Part shown: positions 1-10,566 of the stretch, in pieces
Position numbering within the stretch: the stretch's first letter is position 1
Layout: each line of letters begins with the position of its first letter
Assembly: GCA_965246715.1 (NCBI GenBank)
Contig: CBDFFH010000025.1
Span: forward strand, 23,356-87,355
Length of the DNA stretch: 64,000 bases
Direction: 5' to 3'
From: Chamaesiphon sp.
Lineage (GTDB): Bacteria; Cyanobacteriota; Cyanobacteriia; Cyanobacteriales; Chamaesiphonaceae
The notes under the pieces: model-generated
Seen by the model: only the letters and a program-made list of their open reading frames with translations
What the model was told of the DNA's origin: nothing
The model's database searches: none
Program-made: the position numbers and the translations under genes

Positions 1-4
1 AGTA

Positions 5-619
5 TTGCGGGGCGTAGTTGGTAACCGAGATGACTACTTTGCTGAGTCAGTCGCGCCTACTGCCAGTGAAGCGCCACGAGAGCTGTCAGAAAACTCTGGC
101 ATCGACCGCGATAAAACAGGTGGCAAACTATTCGAGGAGGAGATTGAAGAAGATGTCGAGGATGTCAATGTCCTAGCAGCAATGTTTGGCGAAGAAATTG
201 CCGAAGGGGATGATGAGGATGACGAAGATGACGATTGGGAGGAAGAATCTGTAAGTATCGATGGATTTAGCGATCGAGATTTGTTGTTAACTGGCGATCG
301 ATCTCACCTCCAAGTTACACCACTCTCGCAAGCTACGCTCCCACGTACCTGTTATATCGTCATCGACAAGTTTGCCGAATTGATCGTGCGTCCGCTCAAG
401 GATTTTGCGGAATTAGGACAGATTCCTGGCGAAGAAATCCAGCAGCGCACCTTACCGATTTTTGACAATCACCGTGTCGCCAAACGCTTCTCTAATCAGC
501 GCACGCAACGGGTAATTAAGGTGCCAGATAGCCGCGTATTCCAGAAAACGATCGGTCACTTGCGATCGAAAGGAATTGCCAGATTACTAGTAGATGGCAA
601 TATTTACTCACTTAACTAA
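5..619 (+). CDS. C-terminal part of conserved cyanobacterial hypothetical protein (acidic linker plus conserved C-terminal domain); 5' end lies outside the window
   Basis: ORF open from the window edge; D/E-rich tract followed by a globular-looking C-terminus (LPRTCYIVIDK...LPIFDNHRVAKRF). Confidence 0.75.
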   Translation: MRGVVGNRDDYFAESVAPTASEAPRELSENSGIDRDKTGGKLFEEEIEEDVEDVNVLAAMFGEEIAEGDDEDDEDDDWEEESVSIDGFSDRDLLLTGDRSHLQVTPLSQATLPRTCYIVIDKFAELIVRPLKDFAELGQIPGEEIQQRTLPIFDNHRVAKRFSNQRTQRVIKVPDSRVFQKTIGHLRSKGIARLLVDGNIYSLN

Positions 620-761
620 CGCTCGTAGTAGCGGCGGCAATGCCGGGAATCGAAATTAGTAGATCTCTTTATGCTGGCCGTAAATCCGCACAAAATCTGG
701 CAATTACCTGGGCATCTGCACGCGAGATAACCCGATCGTGCGGATGCTGGGATATCACTCT

Positions 762-1985
762 CTAACCAGCATAAAAACAGCGATCGGGATTGAGAATGTT
801 GTCAGGATCGAACTGTTGTTTGATGGCACGCATCAGCGGTACGGCATTACCGCGATAGCCCCAGACATCGATTTGGCGTTTGACAGCTTCAGGCGCTTGT
901 AGCACGGAGAGATAACCACCGGCTGTCTCACACTCATTCCGAAGGGGAAAAATATCGCTCGATCGCTCGATCGCACAGGCTCCAATCCCGCTACTGAGAT
1001 GGATTACACCGCGTGCGGTATTGTCAGTGAGTCGATCGAGTGTGGCGATTGTGGCGACAGCAGCAGTCGATCTCACGCCTAGTTTACAGGCGATTGGCGT
1101 AGTTCCCCAAATTCCCGTCTGAATCCCGCGCCAGAGATTACTTGCTGGTGCTGCTTGCCAGCTCCCACCTTTAACGCCAAGTCCTCGTGCCAGATTCAGC
1201 AATTGCGCTGACTGCTGGGCGATACTTTCGGGAATAGTGGCAAATTTGACGACGAGACTGGGTGTATTACTAATCTCCAGATGCTGGCTGAATGCGGTAG
1301 AGAGCACGTCTACGGCGACCGGTGTTAAAGTACTCTTTAGCAATATTTTCGCTACCTCTACGAGCTTGGATGCCTCTCCAGTGAGGATGACGGTGCCAGA
1401 ATGAGCGGGGAGTGGATACACCCGAAAAGTAACTTCAGTCAAAACTCCCAGCGTGCCATAGGAGCCAGTAAATAACTTCATCATGTCGTAGCCAGCGACG
1501 TTTTTGACGACTCTGCCCCCAGCCTTCGCCATTTTGCCATCAGCACGGACAAAATTTATGCCTAATAGTAGGTCGCGCACGCCCCCATAACGATGCCGGA
1601 GTGAACCTGCATCGGCAGTGGCAATAATGCCGCCAATCGTCGCGCGATCGGGATAAGCTGGGTCGAGTGGTAAAAACTGTTGTGCGGTAGCCAAAATCTG
1701 CTGCAAGCGATCGAACTTCATCCCGGCTTCGACCGTAACTGTTAAATCGCCAACGGCATGGTCGATGAGTCGATCGAGTTTTTGGGTGCTAATAGTGGTC
1801 TTGGCACCTGTCACACAGCCGCCCCAGTCGGATTTACTCTGATTTCCAGCAACTAAAATTGGCGATTTGGTGTGGTGAGCGATGCGAACTAATTCGGCGA
1901 GTTCGGATGCTGTCGCTGGCAGATCCTTGGCGCAGCCGTTCTGAGGGAGTATCGGTAAAACGAGATCGTCAGTGCTGTCGCCCAT
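762..1985 (-). CDS. glcE: FAD-binding oxidoreductase, glycolate oxidase/dehydrogenase subunit GlcE
   Basis: ATIGG, KAGGRVVKNVAGYD, GSYGTLG and C-terminal FDPDNILNP motifs; ATG at 1985 preferred to the GTG at 2060. Confidence 0.85.
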   Translation of the reverse strand: MGDSTDDLVLPILPQNGCAKDLPATASELAELVRIAHHTKSPILVAGNQSKSDWGGCVTGAKTTISTQKLDRLIDHAVGDLTVTVEAGMKFDRLQQILATAQQFLPLDPAYPDRATIGGIIATADAGSLRHRYGGVRDLLLGINFVRADGKMAKAGGRVVKNVAGYDMMKLFTGSYGTLGVLTEVTFRVYPLPAHSGTVILTGEASKLVEVAKILLKSTLTPVAVDVLSTAFSQHLEISNTPSLVVKFATIPESIAQQSAQLLNLARGLGVKGGSWQAAPASNLWRGIQTGIWGTTPIACKLGVRSTAAVATIATLDRLTDNTARGVIHLSSGIGACAIERSSDIFPLRNECETAGGYLSVLQAPEAVKRQIDVWGYRGNAVPLMRAIKQQFDPDNILNPDRCFYAG

Positions 1986-2373
1986 AAAAGTTGTGTTCCG
2001 GTCGGAATATGTGAGAGTAAAGTGGCTATCTGCTGGCAATTCATTTCGCGCCACCAACACAAGGCAATATTTTAGAGCATAATTAATCTAGTGCAACATC
2101 ATCCCAATCGAGCGACGAATAGAGCATCGAAGTCCAGCTTACCGCATTCGCACCCTGGATGACTTCCCGAACGAGATGTGGAGAGCGTGACCCAGCACGA
2201 TTTAATTAGTTAGAGCAAAGTTTCTCGATCCCAACGTAAACATGTTCCAACCCTCCCCTATCAAGGGAAATAAATAACAAGTTTTTCCGTCCCTTCAAGC
2301 TTCCGTCCATTTGAGGCGCAGAAAATCTCTCCGATCTGAAACACTTGCACCAGTTATCCTCGATGTGATTTCA

Positions 2374-2403
2374 ATCCCAAATCCCAAATCCAAAATCCCA
2401 AAT
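2374..2403. repeat. Short tandem heptamer-like repeat (AATCCCA/AATCCAA), STRR-type
   Basis: aatcccaaatcccaaatccaaaatcccaaat; similar tracts at about 4564-4597 (attcata), 14903, 27681, 28474, 50195 and 56941. Confidence 0.7.
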
Positions 2404-2406
2404 CGA

Positions 2407-4287
2407 ATGACAGTTGTCGACAGTAATCGAGTAGAGACGATCCAGTTTACGATCGAGCCAGAATCGCTAGCGGAAATTACGCGGACTCTAGGTGCTGATG
2501 GTAGTAGACTGTTACTTCTTGCCGAACCCTGTGCTCGTCGCGCTCAAATCTTTACCCATGGAGTACAACCAAAAACGGCCACCCCGATCGAAAAAAATCA
2601 TTTGTGGCAGGAGCTATTATACGAGGGATCTGCCGAACGCCAGCGCGTTGGTGTCGTTACTGCCGCTAACTTGGTAGCAGCTAATCCAACCGCGAATCAC
2701 ATCCGCCAAATCGAGAGTATCGCCCATCAACCACAGCTAGAACTGCTGCTCGAATCATTTGCGACAGTTGGGATCGAGTCGCTGTTAATCTTGCCATTGA
2801 GCTACGCGCGCCAATGTGTGGGTTGTCTGACGTTATTTAGATCTACGCCTTCGCCTGCTGGAGATTACGGTTGGACGATCGAGGAATCAAATTTAGCCCA
2901 AAGTCTGGCGATGCAATTATATCTCAGTGTGATGCACAGACGAGTCAAACAGATGTTCGGCGATCGGGTGTATTACGATCTGCTGACTGGCTTGCCCAAT
3001 CGGTTGTTTCTGCACCAACAACTGACCCTCGAACTAGCAAAAATGCAGTCAGCCGATCGAGTTTTAGCAGTTATATTTCTCGATTTGGATCGATTTAAAA
3101 ATATTAATGATAGTCTCGGTCATGGTTTTGGCGATCGCTTGCTGCAATTAATTGCTGAGCGCCTACAACAAGTACTCCAACCCACAGCCATCGTCGGCCG
3201 TTGGAGTGGCGATGAATTTATGTTATTAATACCCGATCTCGATAACGTATCGGTAGTGAGTGAAATTGCCGAGCGGATCTTGCAGTGCTTCGAGCGTCCG
3301 TTTGTCTTCGCGCAAAGTTTTCCGAGATTGAAAACTAACTCAGTATATGTCAAAGCAAGTATGGGAATTGCGATTGCTACCGATCGCGATGTCGATTTAG
3401 AAAGTATGCTCAAGGATGCCGATACCGCCCTCGGTCGGGCAAAGCAAAGTGGGAAGAATAATTATCAGATTTACAATAATGCTACCGCAAGTCAATCGAT
3501 CGATCCATTTCAATTAGAAAATATTCTCTATCGGGCGATCGACGATCGGCAATTAATCTTGCATTATCAGCCACAAATCGATCTTAAAACCGGAAGAGTT
3601 GTAGGTGTCGAATCATTATTGCGCTGTAAAAATCTGGCCGATCGCGCGATCGGCCCCGATTTATTCATTCCGATTGCTGAAGAAACTGGCTCGATTTTAC
3701 CGATTGGTGAATGGGTTTTACGCACTGCTTGTCAGCAAAATAAGTTATGGCAAGAAATGGGCTTAGGATACTTTCCGATCGCGATTAATTTTTCGCTCGG
3801 GCAACTGCAAGATTGCAAGCTGCTCTCCCGAATTATCGATATTTTAGCTGAGACTGGTCTCCCGCCTACTTATTTAGAAATAGAAATTACCGAAAGTACG
3901 GCGATCGACGATCTACCATTAACAATCTCAATTTTGGCAGGCTTACAAAAAATCGGGGTAAAAATTTCACTAGATGATTTTGGTACGGGATTTTCTTCGT
4001 TAGCCGCTCTCAAATATTTACCACTCGATCGGCTGAAGATAGATCGATTATTCATTCAACAACTCAGTGCTAATAGTGTCGATGCAGCGATTGTCAAAAC
4101 TATTGTTAATTTAGGTCGCGAACTAAATCTTAATGTCATTGCCGAGGGCGTAGAAACAGTGAAACAACTAGAATTTTTACGCTCGATCGATTGTGATGCC
4201 GTTCAGGGTTTCTTATTTAGCCGCCCGTTACCCGCAGTAGAGCTAGAACCACTAATTACTAATGGCTATTGGCACGATCGCCGCTAA
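2407..4287 (+). CDS. GAF-GGDEF-EAL diguanylate cyclase/phosphodiesterase
   Basis: DLLTGLPNR, FLDLDRFKNIND, SGDEF, ESLLR, EITES, DDFGTGFSS, KID and IAEGVET motifs; degenerate N-terminal GAF; ATG at 2407 after a heptamer repeat tract (ORF track start 2311). Confidence 0.9.
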   Translation: MTVVDSNRVETIQFTIEPESLAEITRTLGADGSRLLLLAEPCARRAQIFTHGVQPKTATPIEKNHLWQELLYEGSAERQRVGVVTAANLVAANPTANHIRQIESIAHQPQLELLLESFATVGIESLLILPLSYARQCVGCLTLFRSTPSPAGDYGWTIEESNLAQSLAMQLYLSVMHRRVKQMFGDRVYYDLLTGLPNRLFLHQQLTLELAKMQSADRVLAVIFLDLDRFKNINDSLGHGFGDRLLQLIAERLQQVLQPTAIVGRWSGDEFMLLIPDLDNVSVVSEIAERILQCFERPFVFAQSFPRLKTNSVYVKASMGIAIATDRDVDLESMLKDADTALGRAKQSGKNNYQIYNNATASQSIDPFQLENILYRAIDDRQLILHYQPQIDLKTGRVVGVESLLRCKNLADRAIGPDLFIPIAEETGSILPIGEWVLRTACQQNKLWQEMGLGYFPIAINFSLGQLQDCKLLSRIIDILAETGLPPTYLEIEITESTAIDDLPLTISILAGLQKIGVKISLDDFGTGFSSLAALKYLPLDRLKIDRLFIQQLSANSVDAAIVKTIVNLGRELNLNVIAEGVETVKQLEFLRSIDCDAVQGFLFSRPLPAVELEPLITNGYWHDRR

Positions 4288-4597
4288 TAAAATTAAGATC
4301 TATTCGCTTGCTATAAATATTTATTGACAAGTATTTCTTATTTTTGGCACATCAATGAATGCTTCGTGAGATTAGAACCGTTTTATTTATTATCCTGAAA
4401 AATTCATAAATTTTCAGCTGATACAATTGTTTGAAGCTTATCTTGAAAAGTCTCACGATCGAGTAAATAAGCGCGAGCGTCACTTCAAGCTGTCATTTAA
4501 ACCAGCTAAATCATATCGTTCATTCAAAAAAAGGCTATAGTATTTAAGAACTCCCACCTCAAAATTCATAACTCGTCATTCATAATTCATAATTCAT

Positions 4598-4957
4598 ATG
4601 TCCTCACTTCAAGTTTATGGAATTCCTACCTGTGGTACTTGCAAAAAAGCGCTTCAATGGCTAGATGCACAGGAAATTAGTTATGAATTTATCAACACCA
4701 AGGAACAGCCACCGAGTGCGGAACAAATAGCTAGTTGGGTTGAAAGCTTGGGCTATCAACCCATGCGAAATACTTCCGGTCAATCCTACCGCGCGTTGGA
4801 TGAAACTAAAGATAAGTGGCAGGATACCGACTGGGTAACAGCTTTTAGCGATGATGTGATGTTACTAAAACGTCCTTTATTCGTAAAAAATGGCCGAGCT
4901 ATTGCCGTTGGTTTCCGCAATCCGACCGAAATCGAACAACGATTGGAAGCTAGTTAA
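4598..4957 (+). CDS. ArsC/Spx/MgsR family protein
   Basis: YGIPTCGTCKKA CxxC start, NTSGQSYR and LKRP motifs. Confidence 0.9.
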   Translation: MSSLQVYGIPTCGTCKKALQWLDAQEISYEFINTKEQPPSAEQIASWVESLGYQPMRNTSGQSYRALDETKDKWQDTDWVTAFSDDVMLLKRPLFVKNGRAIAVGFRNPTEIEQRLEAS

Positions 4958-5075
4958 TTCTTTAAACTTCATTTAGCTTCATTCAACAGGCGAGCATTGC
5001 TTGCCTGATAAAGTGCTTGAAAAGCCCGAATATCGCCCCTAAATGTCGATCCAGTAGCTAGTCTATAGCTACTAA

Positions 5076-6524
5076 CTAGTTAGTCTTCTGATTGAGTGAC
5101 TTATACGTTTGCTCCTTTTGCACCCAATCGCGACCTAGCTTGATTGTCACATCAGAGTAGAGATTGCCCGAACTATCGACCTTGACTTCTCCAAAGCCTA
5201 ATAAATTCGATAAACCTTGAGCTACCTCCGGATTGCCCTTTTGAGCGACAAATTCGGTGGTCTTTAAGTCTTCTTTGAGTTTGAGATTGGTATCGAGATG
5301 GACGTTTTGATAACCCGCTTTATTTAGTCGCTTGACTAATCGAGCGGTCGCGTCTGGGAAATGACTGGTATCTTGAATATTAATCCGCAGACTTGCCACT
5401 TTCGGTTGTTCGATCGTCAGCGTACCGCGATCGAAATACCTCGCCATCATATTTTGAATCCCCTTCTCATCGGGCAGCCAGTAACTAATCTCATGTTTGC
5501 CGTCACCATTATAATCACCCGGCATCATCAACATCTGCATCTTGGACTTGCCATTGTGCATCATAAAGCCACCCACGGCGAGTAATTCTTCGACGGTAAG
5601 ATTGGTATCGACGTGGGATTGGATTACTGAAAATAGTTGAGGAATTCGCGTAATCGTCACTGGATTGAGCGATTGTTCGATCAATGCCTTAACGACCATC
5701 TGCTGGCGCTGCATCCGCCCGATATCGCCATTTGCATCGTGCCGGTAGCGGAGCAATCCGAGCAATTTCATCCCATCGAGATGTTGTTTGCCAGCTTTGA
5801 GATTGACATAAAAATGCTGCGAGTCATCTTGATATTTAATATCTTTCGGCACGGTAACGGTTACACCACCTAACTCATCGATGAGTTTCGCTACACCCAG
5901 ATTATTGAGGCGAATGTACCGATCGATCGCGACACCACCCAAAACCTTACTGACTTCCTTCGCGGCAGCAGCAGGGCCGCTTTCGTGGTCGACAGCATTA
6001 ATCTTTTCTGTCCCATGTCCGGTGCGTTCGATCTTCGTATCGCGGGGAATCCCCAGAATTACCGTCCGCTGGGTTTGCGGGTCGAATCGCAGCAGCATGA
6101 TCGTATCGGACAGGCCATCTAGGGAATCGACCTCTGCGTCATAGCCAGTTTTTTTCCGAGTACTACCGTCGCTGTTTTTGACATCGGAGAGATTAGTCTT
6201 AATCCCCAAAAGTAAGATATTTACAGGTTTGGAAACTTCGGGAACCTGTAACAAATTCCTAGAAAAAGCTTCTTTGCCATTTTGATTGAAAAATGCGGCA
6301 TCTGCCGCAGAAAGCGTCCGTTGTTGCAGTGGTGCAGCAGTGAGCGAGACAGCTAAAAAGGCACCAGCAGCAGCCGAAAGCGCACCGAGACCGCCCATGA
6401 CTAGCCAGACCCATAATGGCATTTTGTGATGCTTTTTGGCCTGCTGGCGGCGTACCATTGGCGGTTGAGATTTTGCCGATTTGCGGCGCTGCCGATCGAT
6501 TTTTCTAGCTTCCACTTTACTCAC
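5076..6524 (-). CDS. LCP (LytR-CpsA-Psr) family protein with LytR C-terminal domain
   Basis: N-terminal TM segment, SDTIMLL, IPRDT, RYRHDANGDIGRMQRQQ, C-terminal SDVTIKLGRDW. Confidence 0.9.
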   Translation of the reverse strand: MSKVEARKIDRQRRKSAKSQPPMVRRQQAKKHHKMPLWVWLVMGGLGALSAAAGAFLAVSLTAAPLQQRTLSAADAAFFNQNGKEAFSRNLLQVPEVSKPVNILLLGIKTNLSDVKNSDGSTRKKTGYDAEVDSLDGLSDTIMLLRFDPQTQRTVILGIPRDTKIERTGHGTEKINAVDHESGPAAAAKEVSKVLGGVAIDRYIRLNNLGVAKLIDELGGVTVTVPKDIKYQDDSQHFYVNLKAGKQHLDGMKLLGLLRYRHDANGDIGRMQRQQMVVKALIEQSLNPVTITRIPQLFSVIQSHVDTNLTVEELLAVGGFMMHNGKSKMQMLMMPGDYNGDGKHEISYWLPDEKGIQNMMARYFDRGTLTIEQPKVASLRINIQDTSHFPDATARLVKRLNKAGYQNVHLDTNLKLKEDLKTTEFVAQKGNPEVAQGLSNLLGFGEVKVDSSGNLYSDVTIKLGRDWVQKEQTYKSLNQKTN

Positions 6525-6603
6525 AGTTTAATTAATTGGGGTGGGGTATAAATAATTGCTGTCGTGGTCGTCTTTAAATTGTCTTTCGTAGTCGTGGTGG
6601 TTT

Positions 6604-7044
6604 TTAATTGTCTTTCGTAGCTGCTTTGTCTGGTACTATCCGTTCGGCTAAGGCACTAAACCCTGGCAACCGCACTGATTTCTTTTGCCAGAGTAACACC
6701 ATCAGCCATACACTAGCGATAAAGTAGCTGGAGGTAGCCAGACCATTCAGAAATAATAACCGGAGTGCGAGGGCTGTCGATGCACCTGCGAGATCTGTGC
6801 CCACATCTAGACTCAGATAAGCACTCAACCACATTAAGGCCAAGAGGATCGATAAGCGACAGGCCGCTAATTGACGGCGATCGCGTTGGCGACGGTAGAG
6901 TGCCCAGATTGAAGGTACTAGTCCAATGACGGGTGTAAGGTATAGAAATGTTTCTAACCGTTCGAGTGCGTCGCGCTCTCGATTGCACACCGGCTCTACT
7001 TGGGGGGTATCGCTCATCAATGTCATCGGGTTTGTTCCTACCAA
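6604..7044 (-). CDS. Hypothetical membrane protein
   Basis: 146-aa ORF with about 3 hydrophobic segments, co-oriented upstream of the LCP gene; start uncertain. Confidence 0.7.
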   Translation of the reverse strand: MVGTNPMTLMSDTPQVEPVCNRERDALERLETFLYLTPVIGLVPSIWALYRRQRDRRQLAACRLSILLALMWLSAYLSLDVGTDLAGASTALALRLLFLNGLATSSYFIASVWLMVLLWQKKSVRLPGFSALAERIVPDKAATKDN

Positions 7045-7344
7045 CGCTAATATTTGTTCTGTATAGATCTAAAATCCCCAGTTTTTAACTATTTAGCACT
7101 ATGTCGCTAAGTTTTTTTTGAAAAAGTTACAACTGCGCAATTACAGCAGGATAAATTCGCCTTTTGAGCAAGTTAATGTATAATATTTAACAACTGGCTT
7201 AAAAAGTTAACCTTTTCTTAATTATTTCAGATTTTCAGCTCTTTACACAAGTGAAAATAGTCATTATTTGGCTAAGGAATAAGAAATATCCAATTGTGAA
7301 TAGAGGATCGGCGATCGGGAATATGTCAAATGGGATACAAGATG

Positions 7345-9048
7345 CTAATTTTTAGCAGGAACCGTCCACCAGGCAAGAGCATAAGCTTGCTGAGGTAAGT
7401 TGATAGCTTGACGAAAGTGAACGCGGATTTTATATTTACCCGGATCGTGAATTTGATGAAAAAGATGTTGGACGCTATCTACTTTGCTCGTGGATGCCCA
7501 CAAGCTGCGATCGATATTATCATCTTCGGCATGCATTAAGTAGAGATCGAGATGATTGAGGCCGCGATCGCGAAATTTATCGCCGAGATCGTATTTATTA
7601 TTGGGATTGGGATCTGCTAATTCTACCAGACGATCCCATGCTAGCGTCATCGCCACCCAACTATTTTCGGCCAAAGGTCGCTCGATCGGATAATCTCGAT
7701 ACGTCCCTACACCGACTGTATTGTAATCCCAGCCGATGGGGGGCACGGATGGGGTCGGTTGATACTGTCCAGCGCTAAACTGTTGATAAGCGCGCATCGC
7801 ATGTAACTGTCCCGCACCCAATTGATAATCTAGCGGAATTTGCCGATCGGTGTAAGCTTCGGATTCAAGCCAATCGCGATTATTTTTGGCCAACATCGTC
7901 CGCGTCATCCCCAGGCGCAAGCCATCACCGAGATCTTTAATTTTATCGGCAGAATTTAACAGTACGGCCTTCATGACCTCATGCCGCCGCGCATCGAGAC
8001 TCCAATGCGCTTCCAAGTTAGCAGAAATCTGGGATTTAGCTCGATCGATCGAACTTAGATTCCGGCTGGTCGTCCGCAGCTTACCCTTGTCCACGATTAA
8101 CTTCCGCGCGCGTAACTGGCGATCTCCAAACTCCTGTAATAAAGCCACCGTCCCCGTAACGTGCGGTGTGGCAAAACTGGTACCATTAGCGGTCACGGCC
8201 TTACCTGCGAGATTGTACAGACGGAGATTGCCACCAGGAGCCACTAAGCCGATCGATCGCCGATTGTCATTATTAACTTCCAGATCCTTGAGTTTTGTGG
8301 CTGTGCCGATCGGCTGTTCGCTGAGATTGGCAAAATCTAATTTAGTGTAAATGCCCTGCCGGATTGTAGAGTAGGCGATATTGAGACCGTTATAGTTATC
8401 GGTGGGAATCGAGATGCCGCCTTTACCCTGATTGCCAGCAACTAAATATAAGACATTGTGGGCGCGCGCCGACCAATCCAGACATTGCGTAAATAGCGCA
8501 TTGCCATCCAAGCTGGCCTGCGGACGCGGATCTCGCTCTAGTGGCTCCCCAAAGCTCAAATTGGTCGCGCGGACATCACCCCCATTCTGGGTAGCAATAT
8601 GTTGGAGCGAGAGGCATTCCTCTGGCTGCCCGGTAAGCTTGGGATTGCCCACGGCCGCAGCATAGAGCCGTGCATCGGGAGCCACACCGATCGCGTCTTT
8701 CTCCCGACCGATCATGACGGAGGCGACCATCATCGCGTGCTGTTCGACGTGAGTATTGGCTTTGGCCGCCCCATTTTGATAAAAGATTTGTTCGAGCTTA
8801 AACTTGGGGTTTTGAGCTGCCTTATCCCAGCCAAATTGCCCCGGACGACCGATTTCCACTTGCCCGATCGCAATTTTTTTACCGGTGAGCTGGTAAGGTG
8901 CCCGATGCAATTGCACGGCATCGATCCCAGCAACACCGATCGAGCTGACCATCGGTAATGCCCAACTCGGTGTGACGATAAAAATTGCGATCGCGATCCC
9001 GAGCGTTATCCGCTGCCATTGTTTACCCACTATCTGCCTTAGCCTCAC
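7345..9048 (-). CDS. Secreted S8 (subtilisin-like) serine peptidase
   Basis: Signal peptide, EQHAMMVA (His), VAGN, GTSFATPHVTG (Ser), KAVLLNSA. Confidence 0.85.
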   Translation of the reverse strand: MRLRQIVGKQWQRITLGIAIAIFIVTPSWALPMVSSIGVAGIDAVQLHRAPYQLTGKKIAIGQVEIGRPGQFGWDKAAQNPKFKLEQIFYQNGAAKANTHVEQHAMMVASVMIGREKDAIGVAPDARLYAAAVGNPKLTGQPEECLSLQHIATQNGGDVRATNLSFGEPLERDPRPQASLDGNALFTQCLDWSARAHNVLYLVAGNQGKGGISIPTDNYNGLNIAYSTIRQGIYTKLDFANLSEQPIGTATKLKDLEVNNDNRRSIGLVAPGGNLRLYNLAGKAVTANGTSFATPHVTGTVALLQEFGDRQLRARKLIVDKGKLRTTSRNLSSIDRAKSQISANLEAHWSLDARRHEVMKAVLLNSADKIKDLGDGLRLGMTRTMLAKNNRDWLESEAYTDRQIPLDYQLGAGQLHAMRAYQQFSAGQYQPTPSVPPIGWDYNTVGVGTYRDYPIERPLAENSWVAMTLAWDRLVELADPNPNNKYDLGDKFRDRGLNHLDLYLMHAEDDNIDRSLWASTSKVDSVQHLFHQIHDPGKYKIRVHFRQAINLPQQAYALAWWTVPAKN

Positions 9049-9138
9049 TTTCTACATTTTGTTACAGTATTGCCAGTCCTAGCTCAAATTAACGCACACT
9101 GTGAACAGATAAAATTCTCGTGATTGGAGGAATCTCTC

Positions 9139-9228
9139 ATGTCTGATACTCAAGTCTTTGTGGCTTTAGCCATTGCGCTGATTCCTGGATTGTTGGCATT
9201 ACGTTTGTCTACCGAATTATATAAATAG
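9139..9228 (+). CDS. psaM: Photosystem I reaction centre subunit XII (not in ORF track)
   Basis: Manual translation MSDTQVFVALAIALIPGLLALRLSTELYK; GGAGG RBS at 9126-9130. Confidence 0.95.
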   Translation: MSDTQVFVALAIALIPGLLALRLSTELYK

Positions 9229-9297
9229 TTCGATCGGACGAGCGCTTGGAAGGGAGATCGCTATTTTCAGCAGATCTAACTTCGAGCATATTAAGCC

Positions 9298-9330
9298 GAG
9301 GAGCAGTCAATTGACTACTCCTCATTTTTA
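9298..9330 (+). terminator. Probable intrinsic terminator after psaM
   Basis: Hairpin gaggagcagtc-aatt-gactactcctc followed by T-rich tract. Confidence 0.6.
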
Positions 9331-9499
9331 TCAACTAACTCGGCATTGCCAAGAGTAAGATTTATAGCTCCTCTCTCCCTCCCCGCCTAATTCAGCACGC
9401 CAAAAATCCTGTGTGTCATTTGGATCTCAGTATTTTGACAGGAGCTATGGGGCAGAGCGTATAATAAGTAAAAAATTTATTGGGAATATTTTAAGTCTG

Positions 9500-9976
9500 A
9501 TGAATGCACTACCTTCGTTCGAGCCGCCAGAAGAGCGATTGCCATCTAGGACAGCAAACCGCGCGCAACAAACCCGATCGCACAGCTCGCAATCGCCGCT
9601 AATAGAGCGCCCTGAAGGTAAGCGCCGCTCGCAGGTTAGAGCGAATCCAGCTTACGCTCATCGCCGCCAGGGATTGGAAGTAGGCATCAAATTAGTTACT
9701 TATTCATCATTGTCGATGTTTGGTCTCGTGACCTTGGTTAATTCACTTGGATACAACTGGGCGCAGCATAGTAAATTAGAGCATCTGGCAACGGCATTAC
9801 AAGATGCACGGGTCAGAACTGCCAAAGTCAATCGCAATTTTGCGCATTCCTTCGATCCACAGTTAGAGCAGACTATCATGGAAGAAAATAGCTATAAAGT
9901 CGCACCCAATCGACTTCAAATCGTTATTTCTAGCCCCACGATCGCTCAGTCTGCATCAAAGACTCCTAGTAAGTAA
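9500..9976 (+). CDS. Conserved cyanobacterial single-TM plus coiled-coil protein (slr1601-like; FtsL/DivIC-like topology)
   Basis: Basic N-terminus, one TM, coiled coil, FDPQ motif; ATG at 9500 (track start 9413); position next to psaM. Confidence 0.6.
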   Translation: MNALPSFEPPEERLPSRTANRAQQTRSHSSQSPLIERPEGKRRSQVRANPAYAHRRQGLEVGIKLVTYSSLSMFGLVTLVNSLGYNWAQHSKLEHLATALQDARVRTAKVNRNFAHSFDPQLEQTIMEENSYKVAPNRLQIVISSPTIAQSASKTPSK

Positions 9977-10062
9977 CGCAGGGGAGAACTAGACTGCTAC
10001 TATTCGATCCAAAAGTAGCGGTTCCCAACCTCACAAAGATAATCCGGGGATTGGGAAGTACG

Positions 10063-10566
10063 TCAGTGAGATGTTCTAGATGGTGCGTTGGCGATCGAAT
10101 GGGGGGTAGCGGTGAATTCGCTGGTCTCGCTCGCGGATTGCACGTTCGACTGCTTGTTAGTAAGCCAAATTTGTCCCTGTAAATGTCCAGTAGTGGCGAT
10201 CTTCCCCACAATTCGGACGCTCGTTAATTGGGGGCAGCTCGCGATCGGGAGCGGCCCGCTCAGATTTAGTTGGCGATCGGATAACTGACCGGATAGTGTG
10301 GGACGAGTGGTGGTGGAGGTAGCGTTGCCACTATTCTCGACTAGACTGGCATTGAGATATATCCCCGACTGTTGAAGATCGAGCAAAAGTTGTTTGTTTT
10401 GCAGACAATTGGGTAAATTGCGATCGACGATTGAGTATCTACCTGTAATTGCAAGCGGCGCTTTGATATGAGCCTCGCCATAATTGGTGATTAAGAGAAA
10501 AAAGGCGATCGAGCCGCCAATCGCCAGACTGTATAATCCGAGCGAGCGAGCTGAAAAATTTTTCAT
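10063..10566 (-). CDS. Hypothetical membrane-anchored protein coupled to the antiporter
   Basis: N-terminal TM; start overlaps the antiporter stop by 4 nt (ATGA). Confidence 0.75.
   Translation of the reverse strand: MKNFSARSLGLYSLAIGGSIAFFLLITNYGEAHIKAPLAITGRYSIVDRNLPNCLQNKQLLLDLQQSGIYLNASLVENSGNATSTTTRPTLSGQLSDRQLNLSGPLPIASCPQLTSVRIVGKIATTGHLQGQIWLTNKQSNVQSASETSEFTATPHSIANAPSRTSH

Noticed and set aside
7886..8958. Plus-strand ORFs of 77-154 aa inside the peptidase, and similar shadow ORFs elsewhere (19146-19580, 34862-35326, 59911-60366)
   Set aside because: Antisense to well-supported genes, no recognisable motifs.
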